In this document: positions 1 through 12,929 of the stretch, piece by piece
Position numbering within the stretch: position 1 is the stretch's first letter
Layout of the letters: each line of letters opens with the position of its first letter
DNA from: the human T2T-CHM13v2.0 reference genome, Homo sapiens
Assembly (NCBI RefSeq): GCF_009914755.1
Contig: NC_060947.1
Length of the DNA stretch: 64,000 bases
Reading direction: 5' to 3' (one strand)
Notes under the pieces: model-generated
Seen by the model: only the letters and a program-made list of their open reading frames with translations
Told to the model about the DNA's origin: nothing
Databases searched by the model: none
Translations under genes and position numbers: made by a program

Positions 1-250
1 TTAGAGGAAAGAACTGAACTTTGGAATCAAACAAATTAAGTTTAAATTCCCATTTCTGCTACTTATCAATTCTGTGGTGTTTGGTAAGTTACTTCACTTA
101 CATAAGCCCTGCTATTTTCATGTATAAAACAAGTTTATAATAGAACTACATCATAAGGTGATGGTGAGAATTCAGTAAGATCATCCTTATATCATCCTTA
201 TACCATACTTGGCACAGAGTAAATACTTTGTAAGTATTTGCTATTATTTT
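1..250 (+). mobile_element. MIR SINE
   Basis: MIR core (tgtggtgtttggtaagttacttcac...ttttcatgtataaaa) and 3' tail (cttggcacagagtaaatact...gctattatt); boundaries approximate. Confidence 0.75.
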
Positions 251-2222
251 AAGATGCAATTCTAATTTATAGGGATCAAGTAATTTTTCTCTCCTCCCCA
301 ACCTCACGCTCCTATTTCTCCTCTCCATTTGCACTGACATTCTTCATCTTAGAAAAACCCTCATTCCTCATTTTTTAATACCACCTTGACTAGTAGAGCT
401 TCTACTGAAACAGAGCTATTTCTTTTTCCATAATAATGCCAGCAGGCCCTGGCCTGGTACCACCTGCCTTCCTGATCAGCAAATAAGCAGCTCTATCAAT
501 CAAGACAGCTGTTTCTTGCTGCTCATCATGGGTACGTAATGTTTCCTGAATGTTACTGAGAGTCTCTGGACTAGGTAAACTACCCATGAAATACAACTCA
601 ACTTAGGTAAATAAGTTATAAATATGACTCAATGAAGACACCTCTCTGAGGAAATAATCCTGGCAATGGTTGGCTCCAAGGACACAAACCGAAGGTAAAT
701 ATGTCCAGGTCACAGATTCAAGCTCTTTATCCCTGATTGCAGTTCTGCTGCAACTTACGGCCTCCATATTTTTTTGCTTTTTGGCTCTTTGAATACAGCT
801 ACTTCTCAAAATCTACTCTACTGGGGGCATTTTCCTAATTATCTTATTACTGCCCCCTCTTATTTCATGATATCGGGTAAGGCAGCATTTAGTTTGATTT
901 AAGGCATGCTGTCTGAGCCCTTTCTCTGGGCCAAGCACTGTGCCACCTGATGCAGATACAAAACCAAAGTATACCTGTTCCCTATCCTTGAGCATTCTGT
1001 GAACGGGGGTAAGAAAGCCATGTAAGTAGATGATGACAGATAAAGCAAGGTGTATCAAGATAATCCTGAAGAGGAGTATCTAGATCTATATTGGAAGGCA
1101 AGGCCTATGGGAGGAGTGCTAAGAAATGTTTCTTGGAAGAATTCACCTTTAAAAATTTTTAGAACAAGAAGTAGGCTAAAGGCAAGAGCTCCTTTCAGCA
1201 TAAAGGAAGAAGAGACAGGATGTTGTCTGGGTGTTTGGATGGGGAAATAAAATTTAAGGATGAGATTTTATGTGTAGGCAGGTATGAAATATCCCAGAGA
1301 TGATCAAGGAATGATGGGCTTGGTTGGGCCTAAAATAAGCATGGATAACCATTTTGCCAAGGGTCAGAGCTTATCCGAAGCATAGTTGTATCAAGAAACT
1401 TTTCTGCCATACCTTTTGGTGTGCATATACCCTGCATGAATAAACCCCCAAATTAACCTTTCTGGGCCTGAGGATAAAGGCCCCGAGAGCATAGATGCTA
1501 CTATTGAACTGGAAAGGACTTTGAACACACCCCCATGACACATAGCTCAGAAAGCTACAGACACCTAATGAGTCCTGGTCTGCTCTTCCCCACCTCTCCA
1601 TCCAACTTACGAAAAAAACCATTTATAAATTGGGAGGTTGAAGAGCCAAGAATAGGTGCAATAAAATATGTTGCTTTTGAAGATTGATTTTGTGCTTATT
1701 AGTGGGGAAAAGCAGCCTCACTTTTATTGCAAAGCCCTGCAATTGATTAGACAGAGTGAAGACTCAACATTTTTTTCCAGTGTTTATATTAAAATGAATA
1801 AGGCATTTTGTTTTTCACAAGATTATTATGCAATGGCACAGCACATTTTTTCCATCCCCCTGTTTTATAAAGTGTTTCCTGTAGGCGGACCTGTTTTGTA
1901 ACTGTAACCCTGGCCCTTTATAATCGATCATGTCTCAGAGGTACTAACTCAATGTCCTCCAAGAAAGCACGTGAAATGCCATCTCTAAAAACTTGGGCCA
2001 GTACTCAGGATTCTATTAGGAGTCCCATTATTTATTCTCTGGCCATGATAATGATACCTTTGAAAAGTGGTAGCTGGGAAGAACAAACATTTTCCCCTTT
2101 CCCTTCATGTTTAGAGATAAAAGGTCTCACCCAAATTTCACCCATATGTTATATGGAGGGTAGATGATAACCTACAGTGAAAAGCACAAACAAAAACATC
2201 AAGAACTGAAATTGTTGTATAC

Positions 2223-2280
2223 GTACGTGTGTGTGTGTGTGCATGCGTGTGTGTGTATTTAGAGAGAGAAAGAGGGAGAA
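2223..2280. repeat. Imperfect (TG)n then (AG)n microsatellite
   Basis: Seen directly. Confidence 0.85.
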
Positions 2281-2936
2281 AGTAAATCCTATATGAAAGC
2301 CCCCTGAATCCTTTATCTACATCACAAGGCAAAATAAATCCTTTACTCAAAAGATACGTTTTGCTTCAAAGGAAAGTAATATTCTGCCATATATGTTACC
2401 AAAATAGCAATGTGATCTTGAACAAGTTAATTCAGTTTTCTGAGCTTCAGTTTCCTCAAACTTTTGAGATACTCTCAAAAGAGTAAATAGAGAGTATCAA
2501 AGGACTTCCGGTTGTGATGTTTTGTGTAACCTTAGATTGGAATTCCTCCATATTAATGAGAGATGAGGCTGAGGCAGAAAATGCTACAATGGCTCTCCTG
2601 GCCTAGTCTGCAGATTTCACTGCAGTACAGGCTAATAGACCTACTTCAGTTACCATGGTTGGGTTCAGGGCTGCTGCACTGCCCAAGCTCTACTATGAGA
2701 AGTAACATATATGCAGGGCTCCGGGTAGGTTTATAGGCTTTGTTTTATTCTTTAGCCACAAGCCGTTACGGTACCCTTGTCAACTTTTCCACTAAGCATA
2801 TTCTTGGCTGCAGGAAGAACCAGGTGAAAAGGAGGGCTCTAGGTTCAACTCCAAGTATGGATCATGATTCCCTGAGCCTACAATGAACATCTCCTAAATG
2901 CTTCCTGTAGCATTCAATCTCTTTAGCACTCTATAG

Positions 2937-3270
<334 letters not shown>

Positions 3271-3292
3271 TGTATTGCATTTTTCATGTGTA

Positions 3293-3412
<120 letters not shown>

Positions 3413-3494
3413 CATGCATCTGCCCAAGCAGTCTCTCAACTTCTTAGAATATAGACTGGCGTAGTCTACCACTTTCATCTGAGTGACAATATGA

Positions 3495-3775
3495 AATACT
3501 TCTTAAGCATACTGACTCTGAAGCCATGCCCTCTGGCTTCAAATACCAGCTCCACCACTTACAAGATGTATGGGATTTAATGTGATATTGAACTTCTCTG
3601 AGATTTGTTTTCTGATCCACAAAGTGTGAGTGAAAATAGTTTCTAACTCATAAGGATCTTGTGAGGATTATATAGGTATAATGTGAAGATAAATATACAT
3701 GAAGATTTATTAGTAAATAACTTAAAATATTGCCTGGTACATAAGTATTTAATGAATGTTAGCTACTATTACTAT
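3495..3775 (+). mobile_element. MIR SINE
   Basis: gactctgaagcc...ttcaaataccagctccaccacttac...gcctggtacataagtatttaatgaatgttagctactatt. Confidence 0.75.
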
Positions 3776-3859
3776 CTTAATATCTGAAAATTGAGAAAAT
3801 TCAAAGCACATGTGGGCTAGAGATGATTAAGCCAATCTATTACTTACATTTGTTTTATT

Positions 3860-4480
3860 ATTTTATGATTTACTTAAAAGCTTGCAATAGTAAAACATTT
3901 TCATCTAAATAATTGCAAATAATGCAGACATCTAGAAATTGAATAGGTAATGTGACCCTTCAAAACTCCCCCCACTACCAACACTCATATCCTTCCAGAT
4001 TTTTTTTTAATGCAAATGTAAGTATATACCATTTGGGTATTAAAATTGATATCATGTACCCTGCTGCAACTTGATTTTATATCTCAACAATGAATCACAG
4101 GAATACTTCCATGTCTCTGCACCTAATACACTTCATTTTTAAATGGCTGCATAATATTTTATTACATGAATGTGCTTTAATGCTTAACCATTCTACAGTC
4201 TATTACAACTAACTATGCAATAATCAGCTTTTGTATGTCTCCAAATGCACATAAGGGTATGTTTCTGGCACATATACACAGAAGTGGAAGTGCTGAGCTG
4301 ATGCAAAGGTCTGTTTTAATATTTTATAGAAGCTGTCAAACTATCTTCCAAAGAGTTGTGCCTATTTATGCTCCTAAAAGCAGTGTATATAAGTGCATTT
4401 TCTCCACATCTTCTCCAACATTTATAAGTACTTATTTTTTCTCCGTTTGAATAGCTAAAATGGTATTGTGGTATTGTAGT
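3860..4480 (-). mobile_element. Old L1 (L1ME-like) 3' fragment
   Basis: Antisense L1ME motifs: tttttaaatggctgcataatatt, agaagtggaagtgctgag, gtcaaactatcttccaaagagttgtgcc. Confidence 0.7.
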
Positions 4481-4904
4481 CTTGGCTGGGAATGGGAACT
4501 TTTCCCCAACTGCTAGTGACAATTCACATTGAAAATCTCACCCAACTAAGCAGCCACTTTCTTGGTGCACAAGAATGGTTCTGTAGGAGCATACTGAAGG
4601 GACTTTTGCCATATTTGATAGTGATTAGAGCGCCAGTACCAACTGCATTTGATGCTGCCATCATGTTTTGGTGTCCATCCTATTCTTCCAGGCACTGCAG
4701 AAAGTTGCTATCTGAGACACTGTGCACAAGCCATTTGTAGAGACTGTATCATCTGTGCTTACAGAATTGCATCATGTTTTTGGTGCTGTTATATCTTCAT
4801 TAGGATCAACATTTCATAAGTTGTGGCTCCTGTCCCTCTAGAACTTGTACCCCAATGTAGCCTCTTCCATCGAGGAGAAGGAATGGAACTAGGATTTTCC
4901 AAAA

Positions 4905-5133
4905 TCTATGTTCCAGGAACTGTATTATGCACTTTACATATGTTATCATACTAAAGCTTCACAATAACTCTGAAGCAGAGTTATATACTGTTATCATCAT
5001 TATGTTATAGATCAGAGAACTGAAACTGAGAAATTAAGCAACTTGCCCAAGACCACACAGGTAGTAAGTGGAAGAGCCCAGACTGCAAAGTAGGGTTGTC
5101 GCTTTCCAAAGCCCGTGCTCTTTCTGTTGCACC
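4905..5133 (-). mobile_element. MIR SINE
   Basis: gaactgaaactgagaaattaagcaacttgcccaagaccacacaggtagtaagtggaagagc, the antisense MIR core. Confidence 0.85.
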
Positions 5134-6483
5134 ATATTTTCTCAATTTTCTGGAAGCATTCATATTTTTCCATTACCAGAGTTCTTATTGAAGAACACCT
5201 TGATGAAATCTTTTGTAAAATGAATTCATTAACCAATTAATTCCCACTGTGAGCGAAGTGTTGTTTTGTGTTTCTGAAGTTAGAAAAACATTCTGAAAGC
5301 AAGCACTTTCTTTTTTCACTACAAAGTCTTAGATTTATTTAGAGAACTTTCTATGGACTTTGTTTAGACTGCTGAGCATTCGACTATGGCTCCTTGTATC
5401 ACCATTCAGAATTCAAGTAGCAGTGTATTTTGGGGTGAGAGGGAATAATCAATGCTAAAAAAGCAACACCAACTGGCTTTTCAGAAATTCTGTCCCCATC
5501 AAGATAGATGTGCTCTGAGTCAGGCTGTCAATTAAAGAGAGGTAAAGCCAGTTTTTGACCCTCTTGCCTGCCTCTGCCTCTCCCCAAAAGTTAGAGGTAC
5601 TATCTCCCTCAGTTACCCAAAACCCAAGCATTAACTTTACCTTCCATCTCTGCCATCCCATCATCCCCTAAATAGGGCCCCTCACTCTTCTAGCCCATGT
5701 TTCAGATTTAAGCTCAGAGTAAAATTAAGTAAACCGGGGCTTCCTCAGATTCCACCTTAGTAGATAACTACAGCTGAGGAACCAATGACGTCTAAAACCT
5801 TTCTCAAAGGGCACTGGCACTTTAACAATAAACTTCTAAAAATACCATGCCCTAGAAATTTGTCTAACCTACCTTAGTTTCCCACATTGTAATTAAGCAC
5901 GGATACAAAAACAAAGAGACACAGATTGGAGAAAGTACAAATTTATCTCATCTCCTCCTGTACACGATGCACACATATCCATAGAGGGCTGCTCTGTTCC
6001 ACCCACACTCAACACCTAGAACAGCCTTTTTATCCTGACAGACAAATTAATAGTAATTTGTCATTTGTATGACAAATTGCTATTAATATATTTCTAGCAC
6101 AAAAGTATCCAATTTCCCCAGTATTGTACCTTGGGTGTCATTAAGGTCTTTCAATGGTCATATTTCAAAGCTGAATCTTACACTCTTGACCTATCAAGAC
6201 TGTGTCATTGAACCTGGACCATCCCATTGCATGGAACTTTGGAAAGAAAAAAAGTACATTAGTAACTATGCAGGCACATTGGCCCACATTATTTGTTTCT
6301 ATGGAAAATTACATATCTTTTTCAAACTATGTATGAATCCACTTTTAAAGTCTAACAGAGATAGAAATGCTAAAAGTTGACTTGGCTGAATATTGTAGCA
6401 ATTCACAAATAACACGACCTAGGTAGTTATCTACCACACCCAAGGATGAGGTCAGCCCTCATTGAATTAACCTGACTTGAAGG

Positions 6484-6735
6484 TGGTAGTATAGGGTAGT
6501 GGCTAAGAATGTAGTCTCCGAAGCCAGTCACACTTAGATTTGAATCATGGCTCTGCCAGTTACTATCTATGTGATCTCAAGTAGGTCATGTAGCTCAGTT
6601 TTCTCACTTATAAAATGGGAACAATAATAGTGTTTACCTCATAGGGTTACTTGTGAAGATTAAATTAAACAAGTAAAAAATATATTTAAAATGCCTGAAA
6701 TGGAGTAAGCTCTCAATAATCACTGGCTACTGATA
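6484..6735 (+). mobile_element. MIR SINE
   Basis: gtagtggctaagaatgtagtctccgaagcc...ctcagttttctcacttataaaatgggaacaataatag...cctcatagggtt. Confidence 0.85.
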
Positions 6736-7174
6736 ACAACAACATAAATTATAAACATGCATATTTTCTTACATACTACAAGTTATGGGCTGGGGATCCA
6801 AAGTTCTATAAGCCACAGACCTAATCTGGAGCAGTTAATCATCTATCTACCTCCACCTCAGATGGCTAAAACCATCTGAAACTTGCTGCTGAGAAGACCT
6901 GCTAAATATAAGTCCCCATCTATGGAAGCTTTTGTTGTGTTTTACCAACGCTACCCACAATAACAAACTGGCTTTCTGCCTTCAGATTATAAATGGTACA
7001 GCCTAGCAAGCCAGACTGGAGAAAAAAGTCTCTTGCTAAGAATCACCTCTAATGGAGCTGTTACTCCCTTTGACCTTTACCTAGTATTTGCTAAAGAGAA
7101 TCCCCAGAAAGCAAAAAGGTGTTCAAAAGCCTCTCTAGTTTTCTAAGATAAGGAAGCTGCCACCATCCTCAGGC

Positions 7175-7940
7175 TGAGAGTTATGCGGCTGCTGTTTTGA
7201 GAGCCCCCAACTAAACTGGGGTCCCAGTAGCAAAGGAGCTGGCCACTCTGCCCTAGTGGAAAATGAAAGGGAGTTGGACATGGGTGTTTACAGTGTGCCT
7301 TTCATGGTATACTTCTTTTACTTGGTAGACAGCCTACTACCTACTTGTTCCACCTGTGACTAGGAGGTACCTCACATGCAAAACTTCATGCTGGCAGATT
7401 CCCTCCTGGGTCTTGTCTGACCTGTTTTTAGTTTACGCCTGCCTGACCAGTGTTCCTCTAGTTTTTGAAAACCAACTTTGTGTCCCAGAGAAAACCCAGC
7501 CTGGGGTAGCCTCTAGTTCTTCAAACGGAAGGTGCACATTCAATCCACCACCACAGCAGGAAATAAGTTACTTGCCTGGGCAATGAAGCCATAATGAGTC
7601 AGAAGAGCAGTACTGTCTCCCCAAATCACACAAGGCAAGAAGAAAGAGTCAGGCAGAGGGAGAGAAGATAAGGGAATAGGGTGCGGGTCGCTTTAAATTC
7701 ATGGGCAAATGCCTTAATAGTGTGTTTAAAGGAAGCAGTGGGAAAGTCAGGAGCCCAGTTTGCTAGACAGGAGAAATATATCTAAGTTCTTATCTCTGGC
7801 CACCTACTGGAGCAATTTGAGTGTGGTGTAGAACTGGAAACTGTGGCAAGGGTGACTAAGCCCTGCTTCTTATAGCAGAGAGTTAAACCTGCATTCAAAA
7901 TGGATGCCAAGGCAATATTAAATTATAAGAATTCACTACA
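7175..7940 (-). mobile_element. ERVL-class solo LTR, MER54-like
   Basis: The reverse complement begins TGTAGTGAATTCTTATAATTTAATATTGCCTTGGCATCCATTTTGAA, matching my recollection of the MER54 start; TG...CA termini. Confidence 0.65.
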
Positions 7941-8059
7941 GCTGCCTAGTGGTCATTAACTGTTTTTCCCCAGTTTACATGAGAACCACTCTTGTGACAG
8001 GAGTAGTCACCTATGGACACTTACCACTTTCTCTCAGAAATAAAACTGCAATACATCAG

Positions 8060-8220
8060 AGTCGAAAAGATCTTTACAGGCTGAGCATGAGGTTATTGAA
8101 CTAGAGCCTACTTGAGAAATTAGGGAACAGAAGCCCAAAGATGAAAGGTGACTTTGCCCAGTGAATACCTGGCAAAATTCGGCCTAGAACTCTATCTCCT
8201 GGTTCACAGTCTAGTCCTTG
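8060..8220 (-). mobile_element. MIR/MIR3 fragment
   Basis: gggaacagaagcccaaagatgaaaggtgactttgcccag...ggcctagaactc. Confidence 0.55.
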
Positions 8221-8246
8221 AGGAGTTTAGCTCCAGACCAAAATTC

Positions 8247-8850
8247 TGTGTTGCTCTTTCATGCCTGACCATAGGCAATTGCAAAACTTTGCTTGCAAGC
8301 CTCATGGAGAGAGGCTGCCCTCCCCACAGCCAGTGCTTTGCAATTTTCTGTGGGGAGTAACAGTCAAGGCTCAGGCTGACCCCTTCAAGCCTGCCATGCT
8401 CACATATATCTGCATGCCCAGCTAAAGCATCTCTATTTGGAGACCTCCTTATTGGGGGTTTCAATTGAGGCACTTACAGGCATCTCTGCCTAGGTCTTCT
8501 TATTAGGGGTCTTGGCTGAAACACTTTTCTCTGCTTTGACTGAGTTCCTTTGCACTCCTAGCCCTTCCCGCTCTCCTTATCTCCAGCTCACAGGTCTATA
8601 AACAGGAAGGAACCATTAGTTTGTTTTGCAGTGAGAACTACCCTCATCTGTACTGCATCCATGTGACCTTTGCCGGGAGCCATTCCCAGGGAGAAATGGA
8701 ACACTAGGGAGTTGGCATCATTTTTGCCTCTTGCTTGCACTTTTACAGTAAGTAAATAAAAACTTGATTGTTATTTTCACTGTGGCTTATTGTTTTAATT
8801 GACCACCTGGAAAGGTGGCGGCTTGAGTCCACTTTCTAATCTACTATTCT
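8247..8850 (+). mobile_element. Probable ERVL-class solo LTR (subfamily uncertain)
   Basis: TG start, TATAAA at 8597-8602 and AATAAA at 8755-8760 in LTR order; the sequence style resembles the MER54/73/74/88 group. Confidence 0.5.
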
Positions 8851-8886
8851 GATCTCCTGCCTCAGGATACCAGGAGTGGAACATAA

Positions 8887-9866
8887 GGATCAGCAAGATG
8901 GTAAAAGGCTCCACTGATTGTCCCCCATGCAAGGACACCAAATTAAGAACTATCTACACCGAAAAAGCACTTCATAGGAACCAAAATTCAGGCGAGTACT
9001 CACAGTACCTGGTTTTATCTTCATATTGCTGAAAGAAGCTCTGAAGAGGTATGAAAATCAGTCTTGAATCACAGACACCACCTTTCCTTCCTTTCCCAGG
9101 TAGTGGCTACGTGATGCAGAGAGAGAATCGATACACTTGGGAAAGGGAGTATTCATTGAATTCTGCGTGGAATTCAGTGCTATGCTGTTGTAGTGGAAAG
9201 CAAAACCAGAACAAACTCAGCTGCTACCTGCCCACGGAGGGAGTATTTAAACCAACTCAAGCCAGAAAGGAATCACCTGTCCCAGTGGTCAGCACTTGAG
9301 TTCTGGCAAGCTTCACTACCGAAGGCTGGAGTGCTCTGGGCTCTAGATAATACTTGATTGGTAGAGTGCTGAACTGGGCTCAGAGTCAGTGGACTAAGCA
9401 GGGGAACACGACCTACTGAGACACCAGCTGGGGCCACTAAGGGAGTGCTGGCATCACCCCTCCACTAACCTCACGCTGCACAGTTCATGGCTCAAAAAGG
9501 GACCCCATCCTTCCACTTGAGGAGAGAGAAGACTGAGGAGGACTTTGTCTTACATCTTAGATACCACCTCAAGCACAGCAAGACAGGGCAACAGTCAGAG
9601 TGGTGAGGCCCATTTTTCAGGCCCTAGCTCCCAGATGACATTTCTAGACATACTCTGGGCCAGAAGGGCCCCGCTGCCTGTAATGAAAGGACCCAGTTTT
9701 GGCAGGATCACATGTGAACTGAAGAGCCCTTGGTCTCCAAATAACCAGCAGCAATACCCAAGCACTACAGTGAGGGTCTTGGGTGAGCCTCTGAGTGTTG
9801 CTGGCTTCAGGTGAGACTCGGCACATTCCCAGCTGTGATGGCTATGGGGTAAAACACCTTCTGCTT
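8887..9866 (+). mobile_element. L1 5' UTR (L1M1/L1MA1-3 type), 5' part of a deleted L1
   Basis: cagcaagatgg...aggctccactgattgtccccc...aaggacaccaaattaagaactatctacac, the typical L1M1 5' end; breaks off at 9866. Confidence 0.8.
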
Positions 9867-10110
9867 CATAGTTGAAGAAATATTGAATTAAGAGAAATAG
9901 TCTTCAAAATATGACTCTACATGGAAAAAAACTATTACTCTACACACACACAATTTATATACCTTGAAATATCCAAATAGGTTGGATAGTTTCCCAACCT
10001 GCTTTTATTTTATTTTATTTTTTATTTTTTTTGAGACAGAGTCTCTCTCTGTCACCCAGGCTGGAGTGCAGAATTATGTGGAGACCTTTTAAAATGCATA
10101 TTATTGGGTT
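9865..10110 (+). repeat. Local duplication: copy of 12046-12262 followed by copy of 11940-11979
   Basis: Direct alignment by eye; includes the tail and adjoining ~40 bp of the downstream Alu. Confidence 0.95.
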
Positions 10111-10116
10111 CCAATT

Positions 10117-11790
10117 ATTATATTTAGAAAAACCTAAAGACTCCAACAACAACAACAAAACTATTAGAACTCATCAACAAATTCAATAAAGTTGCATGGT
10201 ACAAAATCAACATACAAAAATCAGTGGTATTTTTATATGCCAACAGTAAACATCTGAAAAAGAAATCAAGAAAGTAATCCCTTTTACACTAGCAACAAAT
10301 ACAATACCTAGGAATTAACCAAACAAGTGAAAGACCTCTACCAGGAAAACTGTAAAACACTGATGCAAGAGATCGAAGAGGAAAAACATGGAAAGATATT
10401 TCATGCTCATGGATTGGAAGAATCAATATTGTTAAAATCTCCATACTACCCAATGCAATCTACAGAGTTAATCCGATCTTTATCAAACTACCAATGAAAT
10501 TCTCCACAGAAAGAAAAAAAAAAAAGTCCTAAAATTTATATGGAACCACAAAAGACCCAGAATAGCCAAAGTTATCCTAAGCAAAAAACAACAAAATTGG
10601 AGGAATCACATTACCTGATTTCAAATTACACTAAAAAGCTATAGTAACCAAAACAGCATGATTCTGGCATAAAAACAGATACATAGACCAGTGGAACAGA
10701 ATAGAGAACCTAGAAACAAATCCATACATCTACTGTGAACTCATTTTCATCAAAGGCCCTAGAAAATACATTGGGGAAATAACAGTCTCTTCAATCAACG
10801 GTGCTGGGAAAACTGGATATCCATATGCAGAAGAATAAAACTAGACTGGTATCTCTCGCCATATTAAAAATCAAATAAAAATAGATTAAAGACAAATCTA
10901 AGACCTCAAAATATGAGACTACTACAAAAAAATTGGGGAAACTCTGCAAGACATTGGTCTGGGCAAAGACTTGTTGAGCAATACCCCAGAGGCAAGGAGA
11001 AAGGTGATCTTTGTACATTCTTGGTGGGAATGTAAATTAGTACAATCACTGTAGAGAACAGTTTGGAGGTTTCTGAAAAAAACTAGAAATTGAGCTACTA
11101 TATGATTCAGCAATCCCATTCCTAGGCATATACCCAAAATAAATGAAATCAGTATATCAAAGGGATATCTGCACTCCCATGTTTGTTGCAGCACTGTTTA
11201 CAATAGCCAAGATTTGGAAGCAACCTAAATGTTCATCAACAGGTGAATGGATTAAAAAATATGGTACATATACATAATGGAGTACTATTCAGCCATAAAA
11301 AAGAAAGAGATCCTGTCATTTGAAACAATATGAATGAAACTGAAGGTCAGTATTTTAAGTGAAATAAGCTAGGCACAGAAAGACAAATATCACATGCTCT
11401 TACGTATCTGTGGGAGCTAAAAATTAAAGCAATTAAACTCATGGAGTATAAAGTTTACCAGAGGCTGGGAGGGCTAGTAAGGGGTAACGGGTGTGGGGGA
11501 AGTGGGGTGGTTAACAGGTACAAATTAATAGTTAGAAAGAATAAAAAGACCTAGTATTTGCTAGCACAACAGGGTGACTATAGTCAAAATAATATAATTA
11601 CCCATTTTAAAATTACTAAAATACAATTGGATTTTTTGAATCAAAAAGGATAAATGCTTGAGGTGATGGACACCCTATTTACTCTGATGTGATTAGTATG
11701 CATTGTATGCCTGTATCAAAATGTCTCACGTAACCCATAAATATATATGCCTACTATGTACTCACAAAATTTCTAAAAAATTTTTAAAAA
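10117..11790 (+). mobile_element. L1MA2-like 3' part (ORF2 C-terminal half plus 3' UTR)
   Basis: ORF2 remnants from gaaaaacctaaagactcc; further internal deletion near 10995; L1MA1-3 type 3' UTR (gttagaaagaataaaaagacctagtatttg...cctactatgtactcacaaaa) and A-rich tail. Confidence 0.88.
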
Positions 11791-11924
11791 GAATACTAAC
11801 AGTTATTTAGAAGGAAGACTATCTTGTCACATTTAAAAGTAACTTCATGCAGTATAGAATCTCTAAATTAAATATATCCTTATGAATTTTTAATCCAAAG
11901 ATTCTTTATTTTTGTGGTTTTCAA

Positions 11925-12048
11925 GATTTAGGTAGCATAAGAATTATGTGGAGACCTTTTAAATGGATATTACTGGGTTTTAAAGCCAGACATTTTGATT
12001 TAGTAGATTTAGAATAGGGATAATGAATCTGCATTTTAAACAAGGTTC
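11925..12048. mobile_element. MER5A-like hAT-Charlie MITE fragment
   Basis: gaattatgtggagaccttttaaatggatattactggg...gaatctgcattttaaacaag. Confidence 0.6.
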
Positions 12049-12192
12049 ATAGTTGAAATACTGAATTAAGAGAAATAGTCTTCAAACTACGACTCTACAT
12101 GGAAAAAACCTATTACTCTGTACACACACACACACAATTTATATATCTTGAAATAGCTAAATAGGTTGGATAGGTTCCCAACCAGCTTTTAT

Positions 12193-12505
<313 letters not shown>

Positions 12506-12929
12506 CCAACCTGCTTTTATCCAGATAGTTGATATCTACTAGGCACTCAGTAGAATTTATTAGAACTATCTTTAATAAAATATTTAAAAATATCAGACGC
12601 AATGGGGAATTCTTAGTGATAACCTTTCCAAGGGAAATCTCAATGTCTGTGTGGCAGGCTGAACTTAGCAGAATCAATTCAAGCCTGCTTGATGCCATAT
12701 TCCAGCGAGATAAGCTGTTTTTGTGTAAAAGACAAATGTCTGACAATCTCAAATAAGAGCAAGAAGATCCCAAATTGAGCCGAAGCTCTAGGGGTGTAGA
12801 ATTGATGGAAGGCCTTAATTAGGAGTTGTTAAGGTTCTCAGACTGCACCTGGTACTACAAAGGGACTCGTAGGCTTCCCTTCTGATCTCTTTTGAATTCA
12901 GTGCCTCATCAGCACTTACAAATACAGAT

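Noticed and set aside
5180-5434. Plus-strand exon-like block (ttttccattaccAG ... G|GTGAGA; VLIEEHLDEIFCKM...)
   Set aside because: Needs 3 stops plus a frameshift, or 5 stops, to read through, and no homologue is recognised; worth including only if the fossil-gene search gives hits
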